Shown: positions 24,385-33,501 of the stretch, piece after piece
Layout: every line of letters starts with the position of its first letter
Position numbering within the stretch: position 1 is the first letter of the stretch
Assembly: GCA_031556275.1 (NCBI GenBank)
Contig: JAVBTG010000001.1
Coordinates: 1 to 39,759 of the forward strand
Origin: Opitutales bacterium
GTDB taxonomy: Bacteria; Verrucomicrobiota; Verrucomicrobiia; Opitutales; JAKPNF01
Reading direction: 5' to 3'
DNA: 39,759 nucleotides
Translations under genes and position numbers: made by a program
The notes under the pieces: generated by a model
What the model was told of the DNA's origin: nothing
Database searches by the model: none
What the model saw: the letters and a program-made list of their open reading frames with translations, nothing else

Positions 24385-25539
24385 TCACTTGCTTTCTTGA
24401 TTTTTATAAAACTCCATCAGGCGAACATCTTTTTCGGGATCATATTCCAGGTTTCGCGAGCCGCTGGGATTTGTGTGAAATTCGTAATTTAGCCTTATGG
24501 TGGGTTCCAGTTTTCCATCCCGTTCGCCGTCAAATGTCGCGATTGTGAGGGAGGCGCGGGAATAGCGGTTCGGGTTTCCCGTCACGATGTACGCCTTCAG
24601 TTCCTTTTCCGCGGACCAGTCCTTGGAATCCTTCCGCACCTCGTAGACGGCTTTTCTTTCATAACCCTTTTCGGGCGCAAAATAGGCCTGCTCGGCGTCA
24701 ACCAGTATTATTCCCCCCCCAGGCACCTCCACTTCAAAACGCCAGTCATATTTGAATTTCGCGCCGTATTCGCCTTGTTCTTTTGTTGCCGCCGCGTCGT
24801 CGCGCAAGACACTGAAAATCACAGGATCGGTGACCGACCTGCTTCCTCCCGCCAGCAAGTCGACCGTTTCCGGCGTGCCGTCGCTGGCGAGGCGCGCAAA
24901 CCCGCTTGCGGGCAATATCGGCTCGGCCCCCTGGCTGCGCCACATGCGGAAGACGACGGGGTTTTCGCGGCTGCCCCAAGCACCTCGCTGGGTCGAATGT
25001 TTTTGGCGGACATGCGGCGATTGGATGTAGTCTTTTTTCACCAAATTATAAACATCGATGTCAATGGCGTTGAACCCCTCCACGGAAAATTTTCCGTCGC
25101 CGCCGGTTTCAACGGAAAAATCGAACCTGTCCTGCCCATAGCGGCCGCCGCCGGGATCCTTGTACATGCGCGATGTCTTAAGCTGGACCTCAACCCCGGG
25201 AATCCCCTCGTCATCCTGGTCCAGAACGCGGCCGTGAAACACGACGGGCTTGTTGAGGCCCATATCCCGCTCGATGGCTTTTTGAACTTTCTTGTCATAT
25301 TCGGCCATCCAGGACGTCAGCACGGACGGTGTTCCCGCAGACCTCCGTTTCATGTCATATGGTGTCTGCAGGCCGTTCGGGTCGAGATGGCCCGAGGTCG
25401 CGCCTTTTTCAATTTTAGCAGCCGCGTCTTTCGTTTCGCGGATATCGGGTGCCGTGCCGCGCGTTTTGGGCCGAAAAAGAAACAAAACGAGCCCTGCAAC
25501 AACTAAAACAACTAATATTGCAAAAATTTTCCTTTTCAT
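24385..25539 (-). CDS. N-terminally membrane-anchored protein with carboxypeptidase-regulatory-like beta-sandwich and conserved C-terminal domain; partner of giant hydrolase (copy B)
   Basis: 384-aa ORF with a TM anchor (MKRKIFAILVVLVVAGLVLFLF). VFHGRVLDQDDEGIPGVEVQLKTS...GDGKFSVEGF is CarboxypepD_reg-like. The C-terminal ~200 aa are shared with 1..861 and 23559..24185. The ATG at 25539..25537 overlaps the TGA of 25536..30077 (ATGA). Confidence 0.85.
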   Translation of the reverse strand: MKRKIFAILVVLVVAGLVLFLFRPKTRGTAPDIRETKDAAAKIEKGATSGHLDPNGLQTPYDMKRRSAGTPSVLTSWMAEYDKKVQKAIERDMGLNKPVVFHGRVLDQDDEGIPGVEVQLKTSRMYKDPGGGRYGQDRFDFSVETGGDGKFSVEGFNAIDIDVYNLVKKDYIQSPHVRQKHSTQRGAWGSRENPVVFRMWRSQGAEPILPASGFARLASDGTPETVDLLAGGSRSVTDPVIFSVLRDDAAATKEQGEYGAKFKYDWRFEVEVPGGGIILVDAEQAYFAPEKGYERKAVYEVRKDSKDWSAEKELKAYIVTGNPNRYSRASLTIATFDGERDGKLEPTIRLNYEFHTNPSGSRNLEYDPEKDVRLMEFYKNQESK

Positions 25540-28500
25540 TTCTGTGCCCTTTTTATTTTGGTCAATTCGAAAAATGTCTCCCAGAAATTCCCCCTTTGGG
25601 CCAACGAATAATTTAGCTGGCCCTGGTGGTCGTCCATTTCGTCAGTGAACCCGTATAGCGCGCTTGAGAGGTTGGCTTCCCCGCCGACCCCAATGACCCC
25701 GACCGAGACGGCCCCCATCGCGCGCACATAGGACCCCGCCGCAAAACTGAAAATCTCGTACCTGTCCCGGTCGAATATCAATTGCTTTTCCACGGACACA
25801 AAGGCCTTATCCCGCCATTCACTATGGATTCTGGAATAGTATGCGGATGTTCCGGGCGCTCCCGTGTAAAGGACGTCGTAGGAAACCAGCCCGGTAAACA
25901 GGGTGTTGTCGGGTTTTGTGCGTTGGGCCCATTCCCAGTTGAAGTAGAGCCAGGAACCGCCGGTAAGCGCAAAATCGTTGGGATTGTAAAAATTGACCCA
26001 ACGCCCGGCCGCCTTCGTTATATCGAGCGCGCTTGCGCGCATGTAAGGTTTTTGGCCGGACAGTCCGTGGGGATAATGCCCATACACGTTCGGAGAGTTT
26101 TGGGTGTCCCTGATAAGGTCGAACGACGAAGTGTTATTAAACACATTCGCCGATATCGCGGCCTGGCAGGCCGTGTAGCTCTCCACCCAAGGCGTATTTG
26201 AAGAGGCGAACCCGTGTATGCGCAGCGCCTCGCAGGCGACCACGTTGCCTTGGCTGTGCGCGACCAGGTGCACGCGGTAGCCGCGCGCTTTCAGGGAATC
26301 TATGTGGAGTTTCAGCGCGATAGCCGTCTGCCATGCGCGGTATTCGCTTAAATCGAAAAACGGAATATAGCTGCAATTCCAAAAAAACGCCCCCGTGCGC
26401 CCCTTATAGCCCGAATGGTGCAGACGCTTGAAAATCGCCGCCAGGCTTTCTTTTTTGCCGTCCGCGCCGTTCTGAAATCCGTGGACGTATAGCACATAGT
26501 CCTTTTCGTCGTCGTTAACGGGGGCGGGGAATCTCGCGTAACCTTTAACATGCTGGGCGATGCTCACAGCCATCGAACCGGCGCCCCCTTCCGTCGTCGA
26601 TTCGTACGCCTCGACCATGTCCTTGACCTGACTGGACCGGACCGTCACCGACTTTGCCGCATGCAAGGATTCCGGGAGCTGGGAAGGCCCCATGTGGACC
26701 GTCAGTTTCATGTCTTCGGACCTAAAATTTTCAAACAGCACGGACACTTCCAGATCGTCGTCCATCACATTCAGCATGTTTGAAGGTATTTTGATGGCCG
26801 GGTTGTCGGAGCCACTTGAAGTCATGCATTTCATCGACAACTGCAATTTTTCCGCCGCCGTGAGGTTGGGCGTGAAGTCAACCCGCCCCTTGCCTGTTGA
26901 TATCGATGGGTACACATTCCAATAACCCCGGCTTGTGCTGCTTTGCATGTTGCCGACGTTCAGGTACAGCGAATATCCCCCCGCATCCTTCAAATGCGCC
27001 GCGTTTTTGACCCGGAAACGGATCAAATGCAAGTTAAGCAAATCGTTGCCGTCTTCTATTTTTGGCTTCAGGTAAGGAAAAAGCGAACCCTGTTGCCTGT
27101 TGTCCCAAATCTTCAGCGTGCTTGGGGGCGCAAAGCTTACGCCGCGGTAGTCTTCCTTGTAGTCGCCGTTTACTTTGAATTTCTTCGCCACCTTGTCGTA
27201 TTCGGAAAGATATTCGACGGCGCCGTCGCCGTCGACGTCGGCGCCGACGTCGATCTGCGGCATAAGGTAAATAACCCTCTTTTTCACGACTTTCATTCGC
27301 GCGTTGGGCAGCGAAACCATTATCTCCAACTCAATCGGACCCGGCTTTAGCGGATAGACGCGCACACTGAGCAAGGGGATTGTGTCGCTGTTGTCCTTGT
27401 TCTCGATGGTAAATGCGCCGCCGTTTCCGCCAAGCATGTAATAGAGGGTCTCGCCGACTTTTACCGTGGGATAATTACCCGTCAGCAGGCGGGGCAGCTC
27501 GCTGTGAAGGTCGGTGTAAAAAAAGCCCTCGCCCACGCCGGAGATATAAACGTCCACCCGTTCCCAGCGTTCTTCCTCGACCAGCTCCTTCAGTGAAATG
27601 CCGACACTGACCCAGTTTTGCCAACTGTTGTCGGGGGCGGGGTATTCGGGAATGTTGCTGGCCGCCGACCGCAGCAGGCTGGAGGACGGCGGCGGCGAAT
27701 CCGGTACTTGTATGACAAGGGGAATTATCGCGCTGACGAACAGCTGGCCCAAGGACACTTCCCGTTTGCCGAAACGGCTCTCGTCGTAGTCGAGCGCGAT
27801 CTCCTCGCTCGGATAGGCGTTCGGGTTGCTGATGCATTCCTCGACGAAGGCTTGGGAGAGATTGACGCGCCGGCGTTGTTCCACGACCTTTTCATCGAGT
27901 AAAACGTCATACCCGGACCCAGACTCCCTCGCCTTGTAGGGCGTGAACGTCTGCACGATATCAACGTAATAGCGTTTGTCCCTTTGCGGGGTCCCCCTAA
28001 TCCTGTATTTGAAGACGCATTTTTGCGTTTCCCCGTCCTTGGCGTCGGCAAAACAGTGGGCCATCGGTTCGCTGTTGATATTGTATGGATCCGATGTCGA
28101 TGCGCCGAGGCTTGAAACTTTGGTCTGCCCGAATTCGGGTTGAACTGCCCCGGACATCTGTTCCGCGCACCAGGAAAGGCGCAATTGCGGTGTGATCAGC
28201 TCGTCGAGCTCCTGCGATCTGGCATAGTCACTCCATCCCCCGTCGCCGTGTCCGCCAAATCTCCTGCCAGATTCTCCGCGCCCGGGGCAGCCCGGGATGG
28301 AACATGTGTCAGGGTCGCTTTCGAGACTGCTGTAGTCGCTATATGGCGTCCCTCTTTCGCTTTTGGCTTCACGGCAAAGGGTCTCCGTTTTTTCAACATC
28401 CGGACTTGCCTCGTTAAAAGTCCAAATCGGATATGTGTTGACCAACGGCTTCTCGTCTTTTTTCGACACAGGATTGTGATCGTCGCTCTCTTTATGAACG

Positions 28501-30077
28501 GACTCTATATCACTGCCCTCAAGGGTGAAGATATGGTAGTCGTCCTTTTTAGACTCGAGTGAATATTTCGACAGGCCGAGGCCCGTCTTCGCCTCGTAGT
28601 CAAATGAGAACTCTTCCTCGGAGGAAAAGAAGCGCTCACTTTTCTCATACATCTTCTCGTATGAGCTTTCAATAATGCAACAATCGTTTTTTGAACGCGA
28701 AAAGTGGTAGCTGTCCTCGGAAACGCTATAGTATCCCTCGGCATCGAAAGATGATCCCGAGATTTTATTGTAATACCGGTATGTCCCCTCCGGGCCCGGC
28801 ATGAAACCGCGGATGCCGACGTTCGCGCTGGCGCTCCATGTCTTGGCTATCGTGGACACCAGGGCCTCCTCGAAATCCCCGACGCGCGCATCGCAGGAGC
28901 CGGAACTTGCGCGCATACCGGCGGAATTGACCGTCACAATCCAGTACACGAGCGTGACGCCGTCGTCTTCCGGCAATGTGAAGGAGGTGTCCGTGTAAGT
29001 GGTGGCGTCCGCGCCCAAACGCGCGACGATCGCCCCGTCACGCCACACCTGCACCTGGGTGACGGGCGGTTCGTCCGCGGGAGGCTGGTCAAGGTTCCAG
29101 ACGAGTTTTATCGCGTCCAATGCGCTGTCCTCGACCTCTAAATTGTAGGCCGCCGGGGGATTTGGATAGGAAACCTCGTCCCAATTTTTTCCAGAGTCGT
29201 ATAATTCCTCATTGGTCGGGCCCCAGCCCGCCCCGGAAACGCCATTGGGCCCGTTATTGGGGTTTATACTGCCGTCGTCCAAGGGATCGAGACCGTTCTC
29301 CACCTCCCAGCCGTCCGGCAGGCCGTCGCCGTCGGTGTCCGGGTTGTTCGGGTCCGTCCCCAGCTCGTATTCCCGGCGGTTGGTCAGGCCGTCGTTGTCG
29401 GCGTCGCCGTCCGGGTCAAAACCATTCATGCTTCCGAAGTGCTCCAAAATCCAACTGCGGGGAATGCCGTCGACATCGCTGAAGAATTCCAGCAATTCCG
29501 ACAAGTCGAAACTGAACACCATTTTCAACTGGCCGATGTTGGCGGGCGCGTAGTTCTCAATGGCGGGCGTGGCCGGGTTCCAGGGATACGGCAGGCTCCA
29601 TGTGCCGGGATACCCCCTCGCGACGAGATTGGCCCGGGTGTCATATCCCAAAAACAGCAGCGCGTCGTAAAGCGGCTTGGCCATCGCCTTGAGCTGCCCC
29701 AAATTCGCGGGCGCGTAGTTTGAGCGCAGCCATTCCTCGTAAACGGACCGCGCCGGCGTTTCCGGTTCCCCTCGGGGCGGCGCGGGCGGGATCAAATCGG
29801 AAATTTCAAAGGGCAGATATCCCGGCACGGTCTCGTTCAGATAGACGTATGCCATGCTTACCGCATGCTTGAGCTGCCCGATGTTGAGGGGGGCGAAATT
29901 GTCGGCAACCGATCCGGCGCCCGTGTCGAGGATCCGGCTGCTGCTTGCCGTCCACCAGGCGGGCAGGGGGGTGCTTGAGGGGGAGGGATTTTCGGATTCC
30001 TGGGCAAAAGAGGCCAGGGGTATCAGCAACGCGGCGATCGCACACAGGATTTGTTTCATGTTCTGGAATTTTTGCAT
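25536..30077 (-). CDS. giant secreted multidomain protein with C-terminal DUF900-type alpha/beta-hydrolase domain (copy B)
   Basis: 1513-aa ORF with a signal peptide (MKQILCAIAALLIPLASFA/QES) and three N(F/Y)APxN(I/L)GQLK motifs. The TSP3-like repeats DPDGDADNDGLTNRREY and DPNNPDTDGDGLPDGWE are followed by an FN3-like segment. The C-terminal 321 aa (nt 25539-26501) read DYVLYVHGFQ..FFWNCS..RVHLVAHSQGN..YNPNDFAL..DHQGQ, colinear with copy A. The nucleophile Ser codon is at 26253-26255, and the motif is AHSQG rather than GHSQG. Confidence 0.88.
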   Translation of the reverse strand: MQKFQNMKQILCAIAALLIPLASFAQESENPSPSSTPLPAWWTASSSRILDTGAGSVADNFAPLNIGQLKHAVSMAYVYLNETVPGYLPFEISDLIPPAPPRGEPETPARSVYEEWLRSNYAPANLGQLKAMAKPLYDALLFLGYDTRANLVARGYPGTWSLPYPWNPATPAIENYAPANIGQLKMVFSFDLSELLEFFSDVDGIPRSWILEHFGSMNGFDPDGDADNDGLTNRREYELGTDPNNPDTDGDGLPDGWEVENGLDPLDDGSINPNNGPNGVSGAGWGPTNEELYDSGKNWDEVSYPNPPAAYNLEVEDSALDAIKLVWNLDQPPADEPPVTQVQVWRDGAIVARLGADATTYTDTSFTLPEDDGVTLVYWIVTVNSAGMRASSGSCDARVGDFEEALVSTIAKTWSASANVGIRGFMPGPEGTYRYYNKISGSSFDAEGYYSVSEDSYHFSRSKNDCCIIESSYEKMYEKSERFFSSEEEFSFDYEAKTGLGLSKYSLESKKDDYHIFTLEGSDIESVHKESDDHNPVSKKDEKPLVNTYPIWTFNEASPDVEKTETLCREAKSERGTPYSDYSSLESDPDTCSIPGCPGRGESGRRFGGHGDGGWSDYARSQELDELITPQLRLSWCAEQMSGAVQPEFGQTKVSSLGASTSDPYNINSEPMAHCFADAKDGETQKCVFKYRIRGTPQRDKRYYVDIVQTFTPYKARESGSGYDVLLDEKVVEQRRRVNLSQAFVEECISNPNAYPSEEIALDYDESRFGKREVSLGQLFVSAIIPLVIQVPDSPPPSSSLLRSAASNIPEYPAPDNSWQNWVSVGISLKELVEEERWERVDVYISGVGEGFFYTDLHSELPRLLTGNYPTVKVGETLYYMLGGNGGAFTIENKDNSDTIPLLSVRVYPLKPGPIELEIMVSLPNARMKVVKKRVIYLMPQIDVGADVDGDGAVEYLSEYDKVAKKFKVNGDYKEDYRGVSFAPPSTLKIWDNRQQGSLFPYLKPKIEDGNDLLNLHLIRFRVKNAAHLKDAGGYSLYLNVGNMQSSTSRGYWNVYPSISTGKGRVDFTPNLTAAEKLQLSMKCMTSSGSDNPAIKIPSNMLNVMDDDLEVSVLFENFRSEDMKLTVHMGPSQLPESLHAAKSVTVRSSQVKDMVEAYESTTEGGAGSMAVSIAQHVKGYARFPAPVNDDEKDYVLYVHGFQNGADGKKESLAAIFKRLHHSGYKGRTGAFFWNCSYIPFFDLSEYRAWQTAIALKLHIDSLKARGYRVHLVAHSQGNVVACEALRIHGFASSNTPWVESYTACQAAISANVFNNTSSFDLIRDTQNSPNVYGHYPHGLSGQKPYMRASALDITKAAGRWVNFYNPNDFALTGGSWLYFNWEWAQRTKPDNTLFTGLVSYDVLYTGAPGTSAYYSRIHSEWRDKAFVSVEKQLIFDRDRYEIFSFAAGSYVRAMGAVSVGVIGVGGEANLSSALYGFTDEMDDHQGQLNYSLAQRGNFWETFFELTKIKRAQK

Positions 30078-30202
30078 GGAGTATTAAAAATGCCCTCGTT
30101 GGGGGGCAAGGCCTCCAAAATCAATCGGCCTGAGCAAAGACAAAACGCCCCGCCATTGCGGTCCGCCTCACGCGGCCTGCCGTTCCGGGTGATCCTCAAA
30201 AC

Positions 30203-31273
30203 TTACTGCCCCGCGCCGCCTCTGAGCGAGGCGCTTTCGCCGGAGGTGCGGATGGTGACGCTCTTGCCTGTCGCGGACAGCGGCACGCCGAGGGTGTGCG
30301 CCCCGGCGCACAGCATGATCACGTCTCCCGACGCGGCGGCGGATATGGCCCCGGGGATGGTCGCCTTGGGGCCGACACCGTTTCCGGCGGCGACGGGCGA
30401 AAGGCCGTTGTAGGCGTCGCTTCCGGTGGCGGGATTAACGTAAAAAACACTCTCCGCCCCGTTTGACTGCAAGGAATACATCGCGAGGTTTGCGTTTTCT
30501 GAAATGAGAGCGGCTTGCGGGGACGCCTCGTTTTGCCCGGCGGCGGCGCCATTTGCCGCGCGGGCGGAATTCCCGGCGTCGCGCATCGACAACAGGCCGC
30601 CGGCGTTGTCCGGACTGTCCTGCGACAGCAGGGAACCCAAGTCCCCGACGCACACGTCGTCCGCCATGACGGCCGAACCGTTCGCCAGGATGGAGAGCCA
30701 TGACGAGCCTTGCGCCCCGTCGAGCGGGAGTCCCAGGCTTGCGATCTCCCCGTCGACGAAAAAGTCCCAGACCGGCGTCCCTGTCGTGTGATCCTGCCAG
30801 ATGGTCAGGCGCAGCCACTGGGAGACGCCGTCCGCGTCGAGCGGCAACGCCTGGGAGACGGGCGCCCATGCCTCGCCCACGCGCGCGTAAAACACGCCGT
30901 CGCCGTCTCCTTCCCGCACGAAGGCAAGCTGTGATCCCCCGAATTCCAGCAAAGGCTCTGTCACCGCCTCAAGGCCCGCGCTCGCGGAAAGTTTCAACCG
31001 CACGTCGGCATAAAGCGCGCCGGCGTCTTGGGCCGCCAACTCCAATGTCGCGCCTCCTGCCGAAAGATAAAGGACGCGCTCGCCCGTGGGCGCCTCGAGG
31101 CTCTCCGCGACCATTCCCGAACCGCTCCACGGGCCCTGCCCGACGACAGGCCCCAGCACGTAATGCTCCTGCGCCTCAAATGAATGGCTCGCGCCGAAGA
31201 CCGTTATAACCAGCGGCATCCCGGCACAAAACAATGCCGCCGATACCGTCGTCGCATATTTGGAATGTCGCAT
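30203..31273 (-). CDS. secreted protein: ConA/LamG-like jelly-roll followed by only the N-terminal cap of a right-handed beta-helix domain
   Basis: 356-aa ORF with a signal-like N-terminus (TTVSAALFCAGMPLVITVFGASHS). WLRLTIWQDHTTGTPVWDFFVDGEI is LamG-like. The C-terminal FYVNPATGSDAYNGLSPVAAGNGVGPKATIPGAISAAASGDVIMLCAGAH matches the cap motif of DUF1565/pectate-lyase-like beta-helices. The ORF stops ~30 aa later, 125 nt upstream of the giant gene. Confidence 0.65.
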   Translation of the reverse strand: MRHSKYATTVSAALFCAGMPLVITVFGASHSFEAQEHYVLGPVVGQGPWSGSGMVAESLEAPTGERVLYLSAGGATLELAAQDAGALYADVRLKLSASAGLEAVTEPLLEFGGSQLAFVREGDGDGVFYARVGEAWAPVSQALPLDADGVSQWLRLTIWQDHTTGTPVWDFFVDGEIASLGLPLDGAQGSSWLSILANGSAVMADDVCVGDLGSLLSQDSPDNAGGLLSMRDAGNSARAANGAAAGQNEASPQAALISENANLAMYSLQSNGAESVFYVNPATGSDAYNGLSPVAAGNGVGPKATIPGAISAAASGDVIMLCAGAHTLGVPLSATGKSVTIRTSGESASLRGGAGQ

Positions 31274-31641
31274 GGTGATGTCGGGTTGTAGCAGAAATCT
31301 AACAATAACAACAGGTTTGTCAATTGTTATGAAAAGATCACACCCGTCCCCCGAAAATAGCCAAAGTCAGGCGAAAACAGGTGCGCGCGCGACGGACGAG
31401 GCCTCCGCGTTTTATTGGGGACACGCAGTGGAGTGATGGAAGCGGAGAGCGCGCCTTGCGACAAGGGCGGACATGTTGGCGGCGCCCCGTTTTTCCGCCC
31501 GTTATCCGGGCGGGCGCAAGGTTTTCCTGCGGAGTTATTTTACAAGGCAATGGAAAAAGAAAGCCCGCCGCCCCCCGGCCGCGGTTTCGGCGTGAAAACG
31601 GATCAGCGCGTGTTTGTCGCGCGTCCTAGGCTGTGGCCGTC

Positions 31642-32130
31642 ATGAAAAAGGCGATCGCGCAATGGTTCCGCAAGGGAAACCGTTTGGACTGGGCAAAATG
31701 GCTCGCGGGGATTGCGGCCGCGTTGGTTGGGTTGTGTGTTTTATGGGTTGTGGGGATTTTTGTTTTTATCAAGGTGATGCTTCCGCCGCCGTTCGACTTT
31801 GACGCATGCATGGAAAAGGTGCGGCAGGTGAGCGCCTATATGGACGGATTGCCCGCGCGCGCAAAACCGCTGCCGCCGACATACGGTTTTTTGATGCAGG
31901 ACGAGCCGCCGCCGTTCGAGGCGGATTACCGGGAGACGACCGGGCACGACTATCCGCGCGGGGTGAATTATGCGAAGGAATCCGAGGCGGCTTACAGCCT
32001 CTACATCTCCATAGGATTTCAGCGCGATTTGATTTATTATTCCGCTCCCCTTCGCGGACAGGAGGCCGGTTTTTGGATCGACGAGCGCGATGGGATGCCG
32101 TGGACGCGCGTTTTACCGGACAGGCAGTGA
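31642..32130 (+). CDS. hypothetical single-pass membrane protein
   Basis: ATG 31642 (MKKAIAQWFRKGNRLDWAKWLAGIAAALVGLCVLWVVGIFVFI); the called start is GTG 31633. There are no recognisable motifs in the ~110-aa extracytoplasmic part. Confidence 0.5.
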   Translation: MKKAIAQWFRKGNRLDWAKWLAGIAAALVGLCVLWVVGIFVFIKVMLPPPFDFDACMEKVRQVSAYMDGLPARAKPLPPTYGFLMQDEPPPFEADYRETTGHDYPRGVNYAKESEAAYSLYISIGFQRDLIYYSAPLRGQEAGFWIDERDGMPWTRVLPDRQ

Positions 32131-32182
32131 GACAGGGGTGCTAAGATAAGTTTTTTGCGACAATTAACGGAGTGAACAAATC

Positions 32183-32647
32183 TCATTCATTCGCTTGGGC
32201 TTCATTCGAGGCGGATGCGGGCGTGGGTTTGCATTCGCAGGGGATTGGCGCGGCTTGTGCCTCGTTGGCGGCGGGGAGAGGTTCGGAAATGGCGGGCGCG
32301 CGTTTGCACGCGACGATCCCGTAGTCGTTGTCTTTCACCACAGCGTACGCGAAGGCGAATAAGAGAAGGAAAATAACGAGCACAAGCACGCCGAGAAAGG
32401 CGCTGTTTGAATAGGCTTTGGCCAGTGTGAAATCGCCGTTTCGTTTGGCCTTTATTGTTATTAGGGAAAGGCAGAACGGGCCGACGCACAGGATGCCCAA
32501 TAGCATTAGAATCATCGCCCCTACGTCGCCGCCAACGGAATAACCGTGTCGGTAGCAATGGTAGGCAAGGCACGAAAGAAGGGCCAAATACAGAAGCAGC
32601 AATACCGCGTTGGGGATGAGGAAAGATCGGATTTTGGGCGGGTGCAT
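32183..32647 (-). CDS. small 3-TM membrane protein, tandem paralogue 5 of 5
   Basis: 154 aa. IRSFLIPNAVLLLLYLAL ... GPFCLSLITIKAKRNGDFTLAKAYSNSAFLGVLVLVIFLLL, followed by a unique Ala/Pro-rich tail. Confidence 0.7.
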   Translation of the reverse strand: MHPPKIRSFLIPNAVLLLLYLALLSCLAYHCYRHGYSVGGDVGAMILMLLGILCVGPFCLSLITIKAKRNGDFTLAKAYSNSAFLGVLVLVIFLLLFAFAYAVVKDNDYGIVACKRAPAISEPLPAANEAQAAPIPCECKPTPASASNEAQANE

Positions 32648-32666
32648 GTGGGGGAGGTCGTTAGAT

Positions 32667-33023
32667 TTACATCGTAAAATACATTGCCGCCATAAACGCC
32701 AATAGAATGATGAAAAGCAGGATCATGCCGCAACAAGCGGCTATCGAATATTTTTTGGCCGCGTCGTAATTTTCGTGCCGGATCGCCGCGCGGGTTGCCA
32801 GCGAAAGGCCGAGCGGTGCGAAGCACAGGACGGCCTTTACCAGCGCATAATTCATCGGGAGGCGCGGCATGGGAACGGCTCCGTCGACCAAGACTCGAAG
32901 GATGACTAGCATGATGAGATCTGACATGAACAGCAGCGCCAGCACGGCGTTGGGCACCAAGAATGTGGTGATTCTCGGCGCGCCGGCATCGCTGGCGTCG
33001 GCGTGGGATGTCGGGTTATTCAT
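32667..33023 (-). CDS. small 3-TM membrane protein, tandem paralogue 4 of 5
   Basis: 118 aa. ITTFLVPNAVLALLFM ... APLGLSLATRAAIRHENYDAAKKYSIAACCGMILLFIILLA. The start overlaps the upstream gene by 8 nt. Confidence 0.7.
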   Translation of the reverse strand: MNNPTSHADASDAGAPRITTFLVPNAVLALLFMSDLIMLVILRVLVDGAVPMPRLPMNYALVKAVLCFAPLGLSLATRAAIRHENYDAAKKYSIAACCGMILLFIILLAFMAAMYFTM

Positions 33024-33486
33024 GGGGCGTGGAAAGATGGACGGGGGTGCCGTCGGGGTGGCGCGGGATGTTTTTGATGCGCTCCATTTCCTCGGGGGGA
33101 ATGGTGTCGATAAAAAGGAAGCATGCCAATGTGAACAGCAGCCACAATATCAGCAAAAAGATAATGATGACAGGGCCGCAGCGCGCCCCGCGCGACATGC
33201 GTTTGGCGCGGGCATAATCGCCCCGCCGCAGGGCCTTGGCCGTCGCCAATGAGTAGCAAAGCGGGCAGATGCCAACGAAAGCGTGGACGAGCACGAACAA
33301 GGCGATAGTGATATGGTAGGAAATGTGGGCGTCGGCATCGTACGGTTGCGTTGCCAGCCACGCCATGAGCAGGACAAAGTAAACCAACAGCAGGGCGTTG
33401 GGGATGAAAAATATGCGAATGGTCGGCAATTTCGGAGCAAGCGCGGGGATGTCGGCGGTGGAGTGGGAGGGATCGGCGCTCTTCAT
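33016..33486 (-). CDS. small 3-TM membrane protein, tandem paralogue 3 of 5
   Basis: 156 aa. IRIFFIPNALLLVYFVLL ... CPLCYSLATAKALRRGDYARAKRMSRGARCGPVIIIFLLIL, followed by a unique C-terminal tail. Confidence 0.7.
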   Translation of the reverse strand: MKSADPSHSTADIPALAPKLPTIRIFFIPNALLLVYFVLLMAWLATQPYDADAHISYHITIALFVLVHAFVGICPLCYSLATAKALRRGDYARAKRMSRGARCGPVIIIFLLILWLLFTLACFLFIDTIPPEEMERIKNIPRHPDGTPVHLSTPHE

Positions 33487-33501
33487 GGCGTGCGGAGTTA
33501 T

